Below are positions 44,057-54,128 of a stretch of 64,000 nt of DNA, piece by piece. The DNA comes from Cyanidioschyzon merolae. Its lineage: Eukaryota. The translations under genes and the position numbers were made by a program. The notes beneath the pieces were generated by a model. The model did no database searches. It had not been told where the DNA came from and worked only from the letters and a program-made list of their open reading frames with translations. The stretch is taken from assembly GCA_000091205.1 (NCBI GenBank), contig AP006486.2, one strand, 5' to 3'. Each line of letters opens with the position of its first letter. Within the stretch, counting starts at the first letter, position 1.

Positions 44057-45328
44057 TCAATCGGAGTCTTCCAGTAGAAACGGGGGCACGCTCGCCAGCA
44101 CACCACCAACTGTCTGGAGCGGTGACCACGGCGCTTGTGTCGCCTGTACATCATCGGACAAGCGGCTGCGCGCTCCCCATTCATCAACTGAAACTGAACG
44201 TCGAAGTAGGAACATCGGATCCCTATCTATTTTTGCAAGTAGTTGCTCTAGCAGTTCAACATCATTCACACTGCCCATGTATGCAGGTACGCGTTCGTGC
44301 AGCGTCGTTGGTCGTCGATCAAAAAGCGCCAGTCTTCCATCCGTAGCCCGACCTCCTGCCTGCTCTACCAGGAATGCCAATGGTCCCGCCTCGTACAGGA
44401 GCTTCAGATGGCCCTGCGGTTGGGCGGTGCATGGCGGATACAGCAGTACACCGCCGTACAGCATCACGCGATGCAGGTCTGCAACCATGGAGCCAGTCCT
44501 TCGTAGGGAACGTCGTTCTCCATTCAAAGAAACCGATTCCTTAAATCGATGCAAAGCGCTTCGCAGGTCGGCATCCCACAGGGACTCGCTTCCTTCATCC
44601 AGACTGTACCAGTGCCCGCAGATCGGTATGCGGACTTGTGGCGAGGTTCGAATCCACTCATTCATAGCTCCATCGAGGGTGAAAGCTTGCACCCCAGCGC
44701 CAAGTGACACATACAGCAATACCGCTGGACCATAGAGTGCATAACCTGCACCAACTAGTTGCCGTGCGGGCTGCAACACATCGCGTGGGTTGAATTCGTC
44801 CCCTTGCGTGTCGCTCTGACCTAGTTGGCGAAAAATGCCGAAAATAGCGCCCATCTCTCCACACGGCGGCTGCGCTCGTCCTGTTAGTGGGTCAAACACA
44901 ACCACAAACTTGCCCTGTGTGGCGTTATCTATCACAAGCGGTTCGGGGTCGTCCTCGCTTACCAGCACGCAGCTGCGCTGGCTCGCTACCAGCTCTTCGA
45001 CCCAGACGCGGTTCGCTGCTTGCTCGAGGCTAGCGGCACTGAGATGCTTCTCGTGAGGCCGAGCCCCAGCCGACAGACCTTGTCTACGAACCAGGACTCC
45101 AACACGCTTCACCGCAACGCTTATCGCCATGAACACGGCAACCAGGTCGAGCCAGGCATCGTAGACTGGAAACTGACGATGGTCTTCACCAGTGCAGCAC
45201 TCCACGTTTTCCAGCACGTTCAACGCATGTCGCAACTGACTCAGGTATTGTATGAGAGAACTGGTCTCAGTTCCCATGCAAGCGTACGTTTGTGCGTCTC
45301 GTGACGCTACCGAGCCCCGCCACTGCAC
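44057..45328 (-). CDS. FBP: Fructose-1,6-bisphosphatase (FBPase/SBPase family)
   Basis: 'SCVLVSEDDPEPLVID', 'VVVFDPLTG' (metal-binding DPLDG-like), 'GHLKLLYEAGPLAFLVEQAGGRATDG' (GKLRLLYE.NPMA...E.AGG) and 'RRTGSMVADLHRVMLYGGVLLYP' (RY.GSMVADVHRTL.YGGIF.YP) are all FBPase signature blocks. The exact start is uncertain; the Met at 45328 or the one 17 codons downstream. Confidence 0.85.
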   Translation of the reverse strand: MQWRGSVASRDAQTYACMGTETSSLIQYLSQLRHALNVLENVECCTGEDHRQFPVYDAWLDLVAVFMAISVAVKRVGVLVRRQGLSAGARPHEKHLSAASLEQAANRVWVEELVASQRSCVLVSEDDPEPLVIDNATQGKFVVVFDPLTGRAQPPCGEMGAIFGIFRQLGQSDTQGDEFNPRDVLQPARQLVGAGYALYGPAVLLYVSLGAGVQAFTLDGAMNEWIRTSPQVRIPICGHWYSLDEGSESLWDADLRSALHRFKESVSLNGERRSLRRTGSMVADLHRVMLYGGVLLYPPCTAQPQGHLKLLYEAGPLAFLVEQAGGRATDGRLALFDRRPTTLHERVPAYMGSVNDVELLEQLLAKIDRDPMFLLRRSVSVDEWGARSRLSDDVQATQAPWSPLQTVGGVLASVPPFLLEDSD

Positions 45329-46342
45329 AGCAACGCAACCAACATCAACAACTGAGACAGTACAAGTCGTTCGGTTGGCACTGGTGCGCCCACGAAGTGC
45401 TGCGATTCTTTCACATGAATTCTGTTCCAGGTCCAGGTAGGGGTTCCCATTGCTTTTTCACGGATTATAGCAGATTTGTTGAAAGCGCGTTCATCTGAAG
45501 CGATAAAAAATCCAAGGCGAAGATATGAGCATGGTCGTTGGCGATCCCGGAGGCCCGTCATTGCCAGCTGCAGAAAAGCCAAAAATTCTCATGTCGTCGA
45601 TTTTCGATCGAAGAAGCGCAAATGACGAGGAGGAATACGACGACGAAAAAGCGGGGACGCAGACGATGACGGGTGCTTACCCGACGCGACGATCACGAGA
45701 ATACATTGGCACTGGGAGCACGACTTCGAGGAAACCATGCATGAATGCGTTCTATCAGTGTCACTGCGTACTTGGAGTTTCTGAACCGAGACTCGAACGC
45801 CGTCATTCAGTATCAGTCGCTGAGTGTACTGCATAACGGGCAAACACATTTGTTTGGTATTCAAAACACGGATTCTAACCTGCTTTCAGGTACAGCTTGG
45901 CGGTAGCGTGTCCACTGCAACGCGAGGAGCGCGCAGAGCATCGCCTACCACTCGGACGAGCTCGGGAAGCGAACCTCTGCCTCTGTCGACTGGGCAGGTG
46001 CCGTCAGGAAAAAGCGCCGCTCGGAGAGAGAGACGGTGATAGTCGGCTATCGGAAACAGGTACCGCTGGACCTGCTGAGCGAGTCGCTGTTCGACGAGCT
46101 TCACTGGTGCGGCGCAGCACCCGGGTCGAGGCAGTTTGCTTCACTGTGCGTGCTACACACTCGGTACCCGCCGTGCTCTGTGCAGCGCTGATTCATCACT
46201 GCACGGGTAAATTACAAAGCGGATCTTGGTTTGCGCTCAGCTGCGACTTAGTCTGGACTGGAAGGAAAACTCGTGTGCTTGGTGCGTGTGTGTCCGGGAA
46301 ACTTGTACCATTAGACCGCACGTACGGCATCGCGTTTCGTTG

Positions 46343-47137
46343 ATGAACTGGATGTGGGAGACACCAGCGCTAGGGGCTGCAGTGGCGCTGGTAGTGTTCG
46401 CTGTCGCTGTTCGTGGTCTCCTCTTCAAGCGCGATCCGGAGACACGTGTACCCACGAGAACTGGGGCTGCGCTTCGCGAGGAGAACTCGTCACGGCCTCA
46501 GCGGCTGGTGCATGGACCGCCACTGCAGCCGCCAGTGTCGGAGACTTCGACGCCCCAGCGCGTGCTAGGTGCTCCTCGAGTGGTGATTACCATCGTAGAG
46601 GAGGTTACATCCAAGTCCCTGTGGGTGCACGGAGAGAGCCTCGACTGGGCGCCCTGGGTTCCAGAATGGTTTCGACGACTTGCACTGCTTCACTTTGTAG
46701 ATGTGTACTTCATTCTACGCGTTCGAAACGATCAGGATTGCTCTCTATGGTACCAGCAGGTTGGCGCCTTGTGTCGTTCTCCTGCAGGACAGATTCTGGA
46801 TGAGCGTAAGTTTCTGGTTTGTGACACCGCCGCTGGAGCAGCAGCGATGGTTCGTCAGCTGGAGCCTTCTCTGCATTTGGAAAGCCTGCGGCTTGCATCG
46901 GAATGTGCAGTTCGCCTGCATCGCTTCATTCCAAAAATCATTATCCTGGCTCATGAACCAGAACACACAGGAATCGAACCGTCTACAGTCTTGGAGCAGT
47001 TTACGCGTCATGATACGCAAAGGGCACCGTTTCGGACTGCAGTGGCCGTGCTGGATGACCCCATGGCAATGTTTGCGAATCCGCTATGGCAAGAGGTTGA
47101 ACTCCAGGTCAGAGCCGGGATCCAGTGCCCCCGATGA
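46343..47137 (+). CDS. Hypothetical protein with N-terminal transmembrane anchor
   Basis: The ORF is intact. An N-terminal hydrophobic helix 'ALGAAVALVVFAVAVRGLLF' is followed by a ~240-aa soluble region with no motif I can name. Start is taken at the Met (MNWMWE) at 46343 within ORF 46226..47137. Confidence 0.35.
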   Translation: MNWMWETPALGAAVALVVFAVAVRGLLFKRDPETRVPTRTGAALREENSSRPQRLVHGPPLQPPVSETSTPQRVLGAPRVVITIVEEVTSKSLWVHGESLDWAPWVPEWFRRLALLHFVDVYFILRVRNDQDCSLWYQQVGALCRSPAGQILDERKFLVCDTAAGAAAMVRQLEPSLHLESLRLASECAVRLHRFIPKIIILAHEPEHTGIEPSTVLEQFTRHDTQRAPFRTAVAVLDDPMAMFANPLWQEVELQVRAGIQCPR

Positions 47138-47712
47138 TCAAGCTATCGTTTATCGTGATTGCGTTGTTAGCTGAGAGGTATCTTCAAATTTGAAGAATGT
47201 TGATTGATGATTCAGTGCTGAAAGGTTTGTAGAGCGCCTCCGAATGGCGCTATCTGTTCCAGCTAATCGATACTTTTTCGGGTCCGTGACGGTCAACGAG
47301 TCGATTTCGGGGAGAGGTCAGGATGTTTGGTATGCCCAGGCGAGCGTGTCCTCTGTCCATAGAGAGTGTGTTGGTGTTGTCTCAGATAAGCAGGATGCTC
47401 TTCATCGATACCATCGCAACTATGCAGGGGAATAGCAGTAGCAATCCAGCTACGATCCAGGCACCCAGCGTGCTCAATGGCAACACAACGACTTGCTGCT
47501 AGTGATTGCCAGTCCCGCGAATCCGTAATGACTGCAGGCCTGCTGCGGCTTGGGAATCGATATGGCGTAAGGAAAACGCATAGCATGATGATCGGTTTCA
47601 TGGTCCGAGAGAAAAGCATACACGGTAGCTTGTGCGCTTGTCGAGGTATACTCAGTAGTTCCAATGTGTGGAACATCATGAACGTGTACCTATTGCACTG
47701 TACATACATCTC

Positions 47713-49663
47713 CAGTGCGAACAGGCTGCGCTCCATGTATCTGGACTGCTGAACCCGAACATACCGATACTTCGAACCAGGCGCCACGCGAATGCCCATT
47801 GCATTGACCACTGATGTTTCATAGCGGATGTCTACAGCAATTCAGTACAATGCCAATGAAGCGTACGAAACAAGTCCCTGGAGAGCTCGCTCGACGCCGT
47901 GCGATCAGGCGCTGTGGAGACATTCCATATTTCTGGATGCTGATCGAGGCACTACTACCTCGATGCAGCAAGTGCTTGCGCACTCGGTTGCTCGTGGAAT
48001 CACACCACAGAAGCCGTCCGACTTTCCATTGCCTGGCCAGCTGGGGTTTCGGCACCTTCCCGTCCAGCATCTCGTGCGACTAGCTCTGATGAAGGCACAT
48101 CTTCTGTGACTGGTACACCGGGTACCGATATTCCCCGTGCGTCAATGGCTTTCTGTACGCATCGGAGGCAATCGTACGGAATCTATTCCGTCACACACAC
48201 ACACACACCTCAATGGAACGCTCTGACCTACAGGCAGGAGTGCTGCCTCTGCACCGCACAACACATCCAGTGCTGTACGCTACGGCACAATGACACGAAC
48301 GCTCGGTCACTTGCTTTCGCTACTCATGGACGCAGCTGGTGAACGCTCACTCCTTGCCTCCGTCCAACAGAAAAGAGACCGTTGCCGAGCCCGGCGCAGT
48401 CGTATGTCCTCCGGCTCGAAAAATCGTCTGCATGAGGAATGAACGCTTCTGCACAGTCCCTGAATGGAGCGTACGAAGCATCCGCCGCTGCTCGATACGG
48501 TGCTCAGGGCGTCGAGACGGGCCCAGACACAGTCATGCTGCTGGCTCGTTTGCATGCTGGCGAGCATTCCGAACCCCGGCGCAGGTGAAAAGCATCATGT
48601 GCTTGCACGACTCTCCCGAGGAAAGTGCACCTAAACACTGCGTCGGTCGCCGCTGTCCCTGGAGAGCTCTCCCCGTGTACCCCTATTCATCGAGATACGA
48701 GGAGCGAGGCCCGCCAATGCATTTCGTAAAGCAGCTCGAATGCTGCACACGTGCTCCCAGAGACTAGCAGTAGACCTCTCGCAGCGCAGTGCATCCAGTA
48801 GCCAAGTATCTGTGGGCACGGAATGGGCCCTGCAGCGACGCCCCGGGAGCGCCGCCAACAGCTGCCGTTGGGGGCTAGCGCACTCGCACTCCGGGCATCC
48901 ATCTGCGCTGGGCTGGGGAGCGCACTCGCACTCCGGGCATCCATCTGCGCTGGGCTGGGGAGCGCACTCGAACTCCGGGCATCCATCTGCGCTGGGCTGG
49001 GGAGCGCGCTTCAGGAAAGCGTCGTCGCGTGAGCTACGGGCAAGGAACGCAAGCATCCCATTCCAACCGTGTTACGGGCATGACGTTCGTGGATCCGAGG
49101 CCGCGAGCCGCACCAAGCGCTTCATCGATCCGAAGCGACACTCGCTCCGATCCCGACGTTTCTTCTGAGGGTTTTCTCTACGAGCTCGGGCTCTTCCGCC
49201 GCCAGCAGCGAGTCACTCGCTTTCATCGACATTGCGAGAATCGCCTGCACCAGCTCCGACTTTCCTGGTCCGTTATGCTCGGGATGATCATGCCCACAGG
49301 TTGTGCTTCTTAGAGGACTGGTCATTGGTGAGCGTATGCTTTTGCGGTGTTTTTCTGAGGATCATTGGACGCTTCTCGGCACATCCGTCGTAGACGTTTT
49401 CTTCGATCGCCGATGTGGTGCTGCGACGCCAGGGGGCACTCTGAGCAGCGAAAATGCAAATCCCTGATCCCACGATCAGTGCGTATTGCATCTCCTGCCC
49501 GTGCATCAACTGTGTTACCAGGTGAATGTTTGACAGAAAAATCCAGCAGAAGAAGAGGGACAGCTGGCAACCCTGCGTTGGGATCCCCACGAAGCAGCTG
49601 CCTGACGAAGCATGTCAAGGCGAGTGCATCTAGGCGAGCCGTCCTCGGGTAAGAAGCTATCCA
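47713..49663 (+). repeat. Dispersed direct repeat, copy B (~1.95 kb), near-identical to 25385..27252 but with the internal 42-bp VNTR expanded to 3 units
   Basis: See copy A. Only a few point differences are visible, for example 26059 'gacgcag' versus 48405 'ggcgcag'. It is longer than copy A because of the VNTR. Confidence 0.85.
48879..49004. repeat. 42-bp in-frame tandem repeat (VNTR), 3 units here versus 1 unit at ~26537..26578 in copy A
   Basis: 'cgcactcgcactccgggcatccatctgcgctgggctggggag' occurs three times with one variant unit ('cgaact'). It accounts for the 141-aa versus 113-aa minus-strand ORFs and the extra 'HSHSGHPSALGWGA' and 'APQPSADGCPECEC' units. Confidence 0.9.
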
Positions 49664-51753
49664 AGCCCCACGGCCTCCTGTATCTCGGCTTTTTCGAAAA
49701 TTCTTCCCGTGGATCTGTTTCAGGTGGAGTGCCTTGAGAAGGGTTTCAGAAATATCTTTCCTCTTCGGTATTTCTCATACGTCTCTCTTCCTAGGAATTG
49801 TCTTTCCCTTCTTCGTTCAGTTGCTTGGTCCTTTTATTCATCTGCGGCTTGTCGTTGACATCGCGGTGTAGCGAGAATGTGATCCCTCTAATCTGTATCG
49901 ATTTTGTTCATGGGGATTCATAGCCACTGATTTCACTGTTCCGCTGAAACTCACCTGTATTCTAGACGTATATACCTGCTTTTCGGAAACTGCATCTTCG
50001 TCACGTCCTCCGTTGTGATGACGTCTATGAGCAGAGGCGCGGCATGGCGCTCCTTATCCCACGCCTGCAGAGACGCAAAGAGCCATTCAGTGCTGGAAAA
50101 CTTTGTAGAGAACGGCATGTTGAATAACTGTGTCAAAGAGGCGAACGTATCATCTATTGACCCGTGAGTGTTAGCTTGGCATATGATAACAGAGCGGACA
50201 GCTTGGACTCGACTGAGCCAGGGAACATCGAGGCGTAAGAAGAGCAGCGTACCTGGAGTCACAGCTGCGTAATCCTTGACAGCTTTCAAGTGATGGAACG
50301 CAACATATTCGAACAGCGGCACAAAAAATGTGGGAAGCAGGAGGCATGAAGCTTGCCCCGATGAAAGGCAAAGTACTGAATGATCATGACCGCATGGCAA
50401 CTCGTCGGCGACTATACGATAGAATCGCCGCTAGGTCTGACATTGTCCTCATTCTCGGATGACTCCTGTTTGCAACCAGCGGTCGATGCTTTTTTTTTCG
50501 TTCGCAAGCCGGCCACTGCTTCTCTCAAACAGCGTCCCATCGAGTTTGACGAATACCGTTCGATCCGGTGATGAGCACTCGCGCTTTCGTTCGAGATCGA
50601 TAGACGGTTACTGAACGCACGACTGCCTCCCGCAGAAGCGTACTTGTTTCTTTGTCCACCCGGGTCGCTTCATCATAATTCGCATTAAAGATGCCGAAGC
50701 TTCACGGTACGGCGCTATTTCGGTAGTATTCTTTCGCTAAGGTTAGAGATTGACTTGGATGGACAAGGAAAAATTCATGTACATGGAGTTTGCTTTGCTC
50801 TGTCTTGGTTGTACGAGGTCAAGCATCAACACTAGGAGAAGCGGGCGTCATCCACCTGCGGATGGTAGAATAACTTTCTTCCAGCATTAAGAGCGTTTCC
50901 CTCCCAAGCAAGCAATAGTAGCGTACGTTCTTGTCGTGGCATTTCTCGAATCACCAGAATACATTGCTTTTGTTGAATACGTGAGAGAAAATCAACCGAG
51001 AACGTAGAGAGTGTGCAGGTGCATGTGTTCGAGCATCCCCCGTTCTGAGTATAACGCAGCTGACGCTGGGCATATACGTACATGCTTGAGCACCCGCAGC
51101 TGCCACCTCTGCTTGCTGATTCGTCTCACATCTCTAAAGTGACCTTGGTACGCGTCGACAAGCGTATCGCATCACCAAAGCGAAGTGATCTCGATTCGTC
51201 GATGCGTCTTAGACCCCTTACGTGACCTGGGCACTAGCACATACGCACATCGCATCTCTATATCGCTCTTGCTCAATTCCGAAGCAGTGCTGCTAGGTTA
51301 CAGGGTCCATCGTCCCGCTGATGAACTGACTATGGGCATCGAAATCAACAAAAGTGCAGCTCGTTGCAGTATGCAGCTTCCCGAGCCAATCGCCCTACAT
51401 ACCATGGCAAAGCAAGCGCTCACTTTACTGGTCAGGGAACCCTCGTTGCATATGAGGGAGAAAGGTCGCAAGAAACCCATATTGCAAGGCTGTGTCTGCA
51501 ATCCTCAAGCGGAACGCTTCATGACATAACAACACATATCGCATGCGGAATGAACGTGCACCGACCTCCTGACCTTGAATACAATACGACATTCAGAAGC
51601 AAGAGTACACCAACGAAACGGTACCAACTGAAGATGCTTGGATAAAGCTGGTATCGACCTTGATCATCCGCGACGGCATGCAGCGCTTCACGATAAGGCA
51701 GCAGCACGCGCCGCAGTGCCTTCCTCGTCACTGGGCATCCAGCAGGACTCGGG

Positions 51754-53814
51754 CTAGGGCGTCGACCTCCAGTACACGTCCAGGGCGAGCCTCGAACGGA
51801 TCCAGGGGCGTAGTGCCTCATCGCGTCGTCCCTGAATGGACAAATGCGCGCTCCAGTGCGGAAACAGCTCACTTTTGCGGTAAAGCTGACTCCAATTCGT
51901 TGGCACGGGATACCCGCGGGGAACAGCAATTACGATGTCACCCGACGCTTGGCTTGTACGCATTTTGGCGTCCGTTGTTAAAGATGTTGTTGCGTTCTCG
52001 TATGCACGCACCGCTATGGAGGATGCCAATTCAAGCTCCGTGTAGTAGTGCAGAAACGCCGGTGACGGGGCACGCAGATGATGTACCTGCACAGAGGCTA
52101 AAGGTCCCGTAAACAGCATCCGCGGTGGCATATCCGTATGCACGTAGATCACGTGCTCAGGTTGCAGACCCGTCTTGAAAAGGTACATAGGGAGCAGAGC
52201 GAGACCAGCTTCGCGGCAAAATATCATGAACAGCAGCACAAGAACATGATGGACTACAACAATCATGCAGAAAAAGCTTCGGAGTGCTCCAGCGCCAGCA
52301 TGTTGAGCGTTAAGTAAGCTGAACATCACGAGTCCCAGACAGGGCGCTACGAGCCGAGGCCAATCTCGTTCAAGCTGCACACTGTAGCAAGCGAGGCCTA
52401 CAAGCGCTACCCATAGCCACGGTTCTGCCATGGTGATCACTATGTTTGTGGGTCGTCTCCAGTCAGTGCCGCCCTTTGGTGAAGGTCTCGAAAAACGACG
52501 CAACGAGCTCCGCGGTCGCTTTTGTTCGGAGCTGCGGTATAACATACAGCGGTTACGACGCTCCCCAAAGGCGATCTCGAAGCAACCGTACACGACGGAC
52601 AGGGCGTGTGGACCAAGCATCCACGGCAGTGTATTCCATACAAAGTCCAAACGGTAGCGGTATTGGAAACGCCACAAACCAAGCATACCCATCCGGAATG
52701 TCTGCACTGACAATACAGCTGTCCAGTGGCTAGCAATGTCCGCAAGCATCTGCCAGTCTATACGGTTCGCGAGTACATCCGCAAGTGCAGCAAGCGTCCG
52801 GAGCACGATGAAAAAGCCCAGCACGAAACCGCTACGCTGGGTTGCAGGCCTCCGTCGATACACGCGAGCCGACGTAGCCGTCTGCTGATGATCTGAAAAT
52901 GCGACTGCAAACAGTGGGAGAGTGTACAGCATACTCGACGGAGAAACGCACGCAGCATAAATGGCGAAAAAGAGGCAGAGGCGTTCCAGAAGTTGCGCGC
53001 TCTTGCGAAACGAGTTCCCAGCTGACTGCGATGCCTTGCCAGTTATTCGGCTAACGTTGTGCCACATACAAATGGACAGTACCGCCAGTACCTCGAAGGC
53101 CTCCTTGCTGGGTTGCAGTAAGAGCACTGCTGAGGGCCAAGACCAAATGGTGCCGATATACAACCAGCGCAGCGAGGATGCATTGGGGATGCTGTCCAGA
53201 CAAGACCACAAGGCCCATTCAAACAAAGCGATGAGCGGTTGCATGAAGGCTACCGACGGTAGCTGGTGCAAGAGTCGCGGACTGAGTGCTGCACCTGCAG
53301 CTGCATATAGCGGGCGCAGCAGACAAGTCGCCAACAGCCAGGGCCAGCAAAAGAGCATCCACGCTGCGAGTTTCTCCGCGGAACGCTCGAAAAGTGTGTC
53401 TCCAACGACTTCGCTTCCTTGCTGAGCGCCAAATTGTGCGCCTTGTTCCAAGTTTAGCAGCTGGAGCGCGCCTTCAACCCGCAAACTTCCGGTCTCGATA
53501 GCCGGTGCTTGCACATCGGAGAACGCCCCCAAGCTATTCTCCGTACCAAGTCGCCTAAACTGGACAGGTACCCAGCCTTTTACACCCAGGAGACTCGATG
53601 CGACCCACTCAGCACCGTCTCGAAGCTTATGTCCGTCATATGGGTTGCCCGTACCGAGCGACAGCACGACGCGGAAACACCAGAGCGCAACTAGAAGCAC
53701 GTACCAGTGCGTCGCCCGTGTTCGTCCACGACTTGGAGTGTCGGCTGCTGCCTGTACTCGATGCGTGCCTGTTACGTCTGTCGACAGCGGTTTACAAGGG
53801 TGATGGCGAAGCAT
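51754..53814 (-). CDS. Large polytopic membrane protein (≥10 predicted TM helices) of unknown family, with a hydrophilic C-terminal domain
   Basis: The 686-aa intact ORF has many hydrophobic helices, for example 'WYVLLVALWCFRVVLSL', 'AAWMLFCWPWLLATCLL', 'LYIGTIWSWPSAVLLLQ' and 'FFCMIVVVHHVLVLLFMIF'. The last ~150 aa are hydrophilic. A GT-C-type glycosyltransferase or transporter is possible, but I see no diagnostic motif. Confidence 0.4.
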   Translation of the reverse strand: MLRHHPCKPLSTDVTGTHRVQAAADTPSRGRTRATHWYVLLVALWCFRVVLSLGTGNPYDGHKLRDGAEWVASSLLGVKGWVPVQFRRLGTENSLGAFSDVQAPAIETGSLRVEGALQLLNLEQGAQFGAQQGSEVVGDTLFERSAEKLAAWMLFCWPWLLATCLLRPLYAAAGAALSPRLLHQLPSVAFMQPLIALFEWALWSCLDSIPNASSLRWLYIGTIWSWPSAVLLLQPSKEAFEVLAVLSICMWHNVSRITGKASQSAGNSFRKSAQLLERLCLFFAIYAACVSPSSMLYTLPLFAVAFSDHQQTATSARVYRRRPATQRSGFVLGFFIVLRTLAALADVLANRIDWQMLADIASHWTAVLSVQTFRMGMLGLWRFQYRYRLDFVWNTLPWMLGPHALSVVYGCFEIAFGERRNRCMLYRSSEQKRPRSSLRRFSRPSPKGGTDWRRPTNIVITMAEPWLWVALVGLACYSVQLERDWPRLVAPCLGLVMFSLLNAQHAGAGALRSFFCMIVVVHHVLVLLFMIFCREAGLALLPMYLFKTGLQPEHVIYVHTDMPPRMLFTGPLASVQVHHLRAPSPAFLHYYTELELASSIAVRAYENATTSLTTDAKMRTSQASGDIVIAVPRGYPVPTNWSQLYRKSELFPHWSAHLSIQGRRDEALRPWIRSRLALDVYWRSTP

Positions 53815-54068
53815 GCATCGTCGCGCTCACTACGTCACGCCAAGCGGTTTTCCAGTAACAAGCTGAATGCCAGCAAGTATGAGGACGACTGGCGAGCTTG
53901 CCGTTCGTTGCCAAGCTCGATCGTTTCGAGCCAAAACACCGAGGCAGCTCTGTCAGGACACGATGATGAGAGAGCGTTCCTGTCTTCAGAATTATCTATG
54001 CAGGCCGAGAGACCAGAATACTGTCAATCCGTACGTTCAGGCTATGTGGAGGTACTCCGAGCGATAAA

Positions 54069-54128
54069 CGAACGTCGTTGCGAACGTCGTTGCGAACGTC
54101 GTTGCGAACGTCGTTGCGAACGCGTTGC
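54069..54128. repeat. 12-bp tandem repeat (cgaacgtcgttg)×4 plus a degenerate unit
   Basis: It is seen directly in the sequence, in the region upstream of the minus-strand membrane-protein gene. Confidence 0.9.

Noticed and set aside
44640-44660. tRNA T-loop-like 'GGTTCGAATCC'
   Set aside because: The flanking bases cannot form a T-stem or acceptor stem, and the site is inside the FBPase coding sequence. No convincing tRNA cloverleaf was found anywhere in the window by eye.
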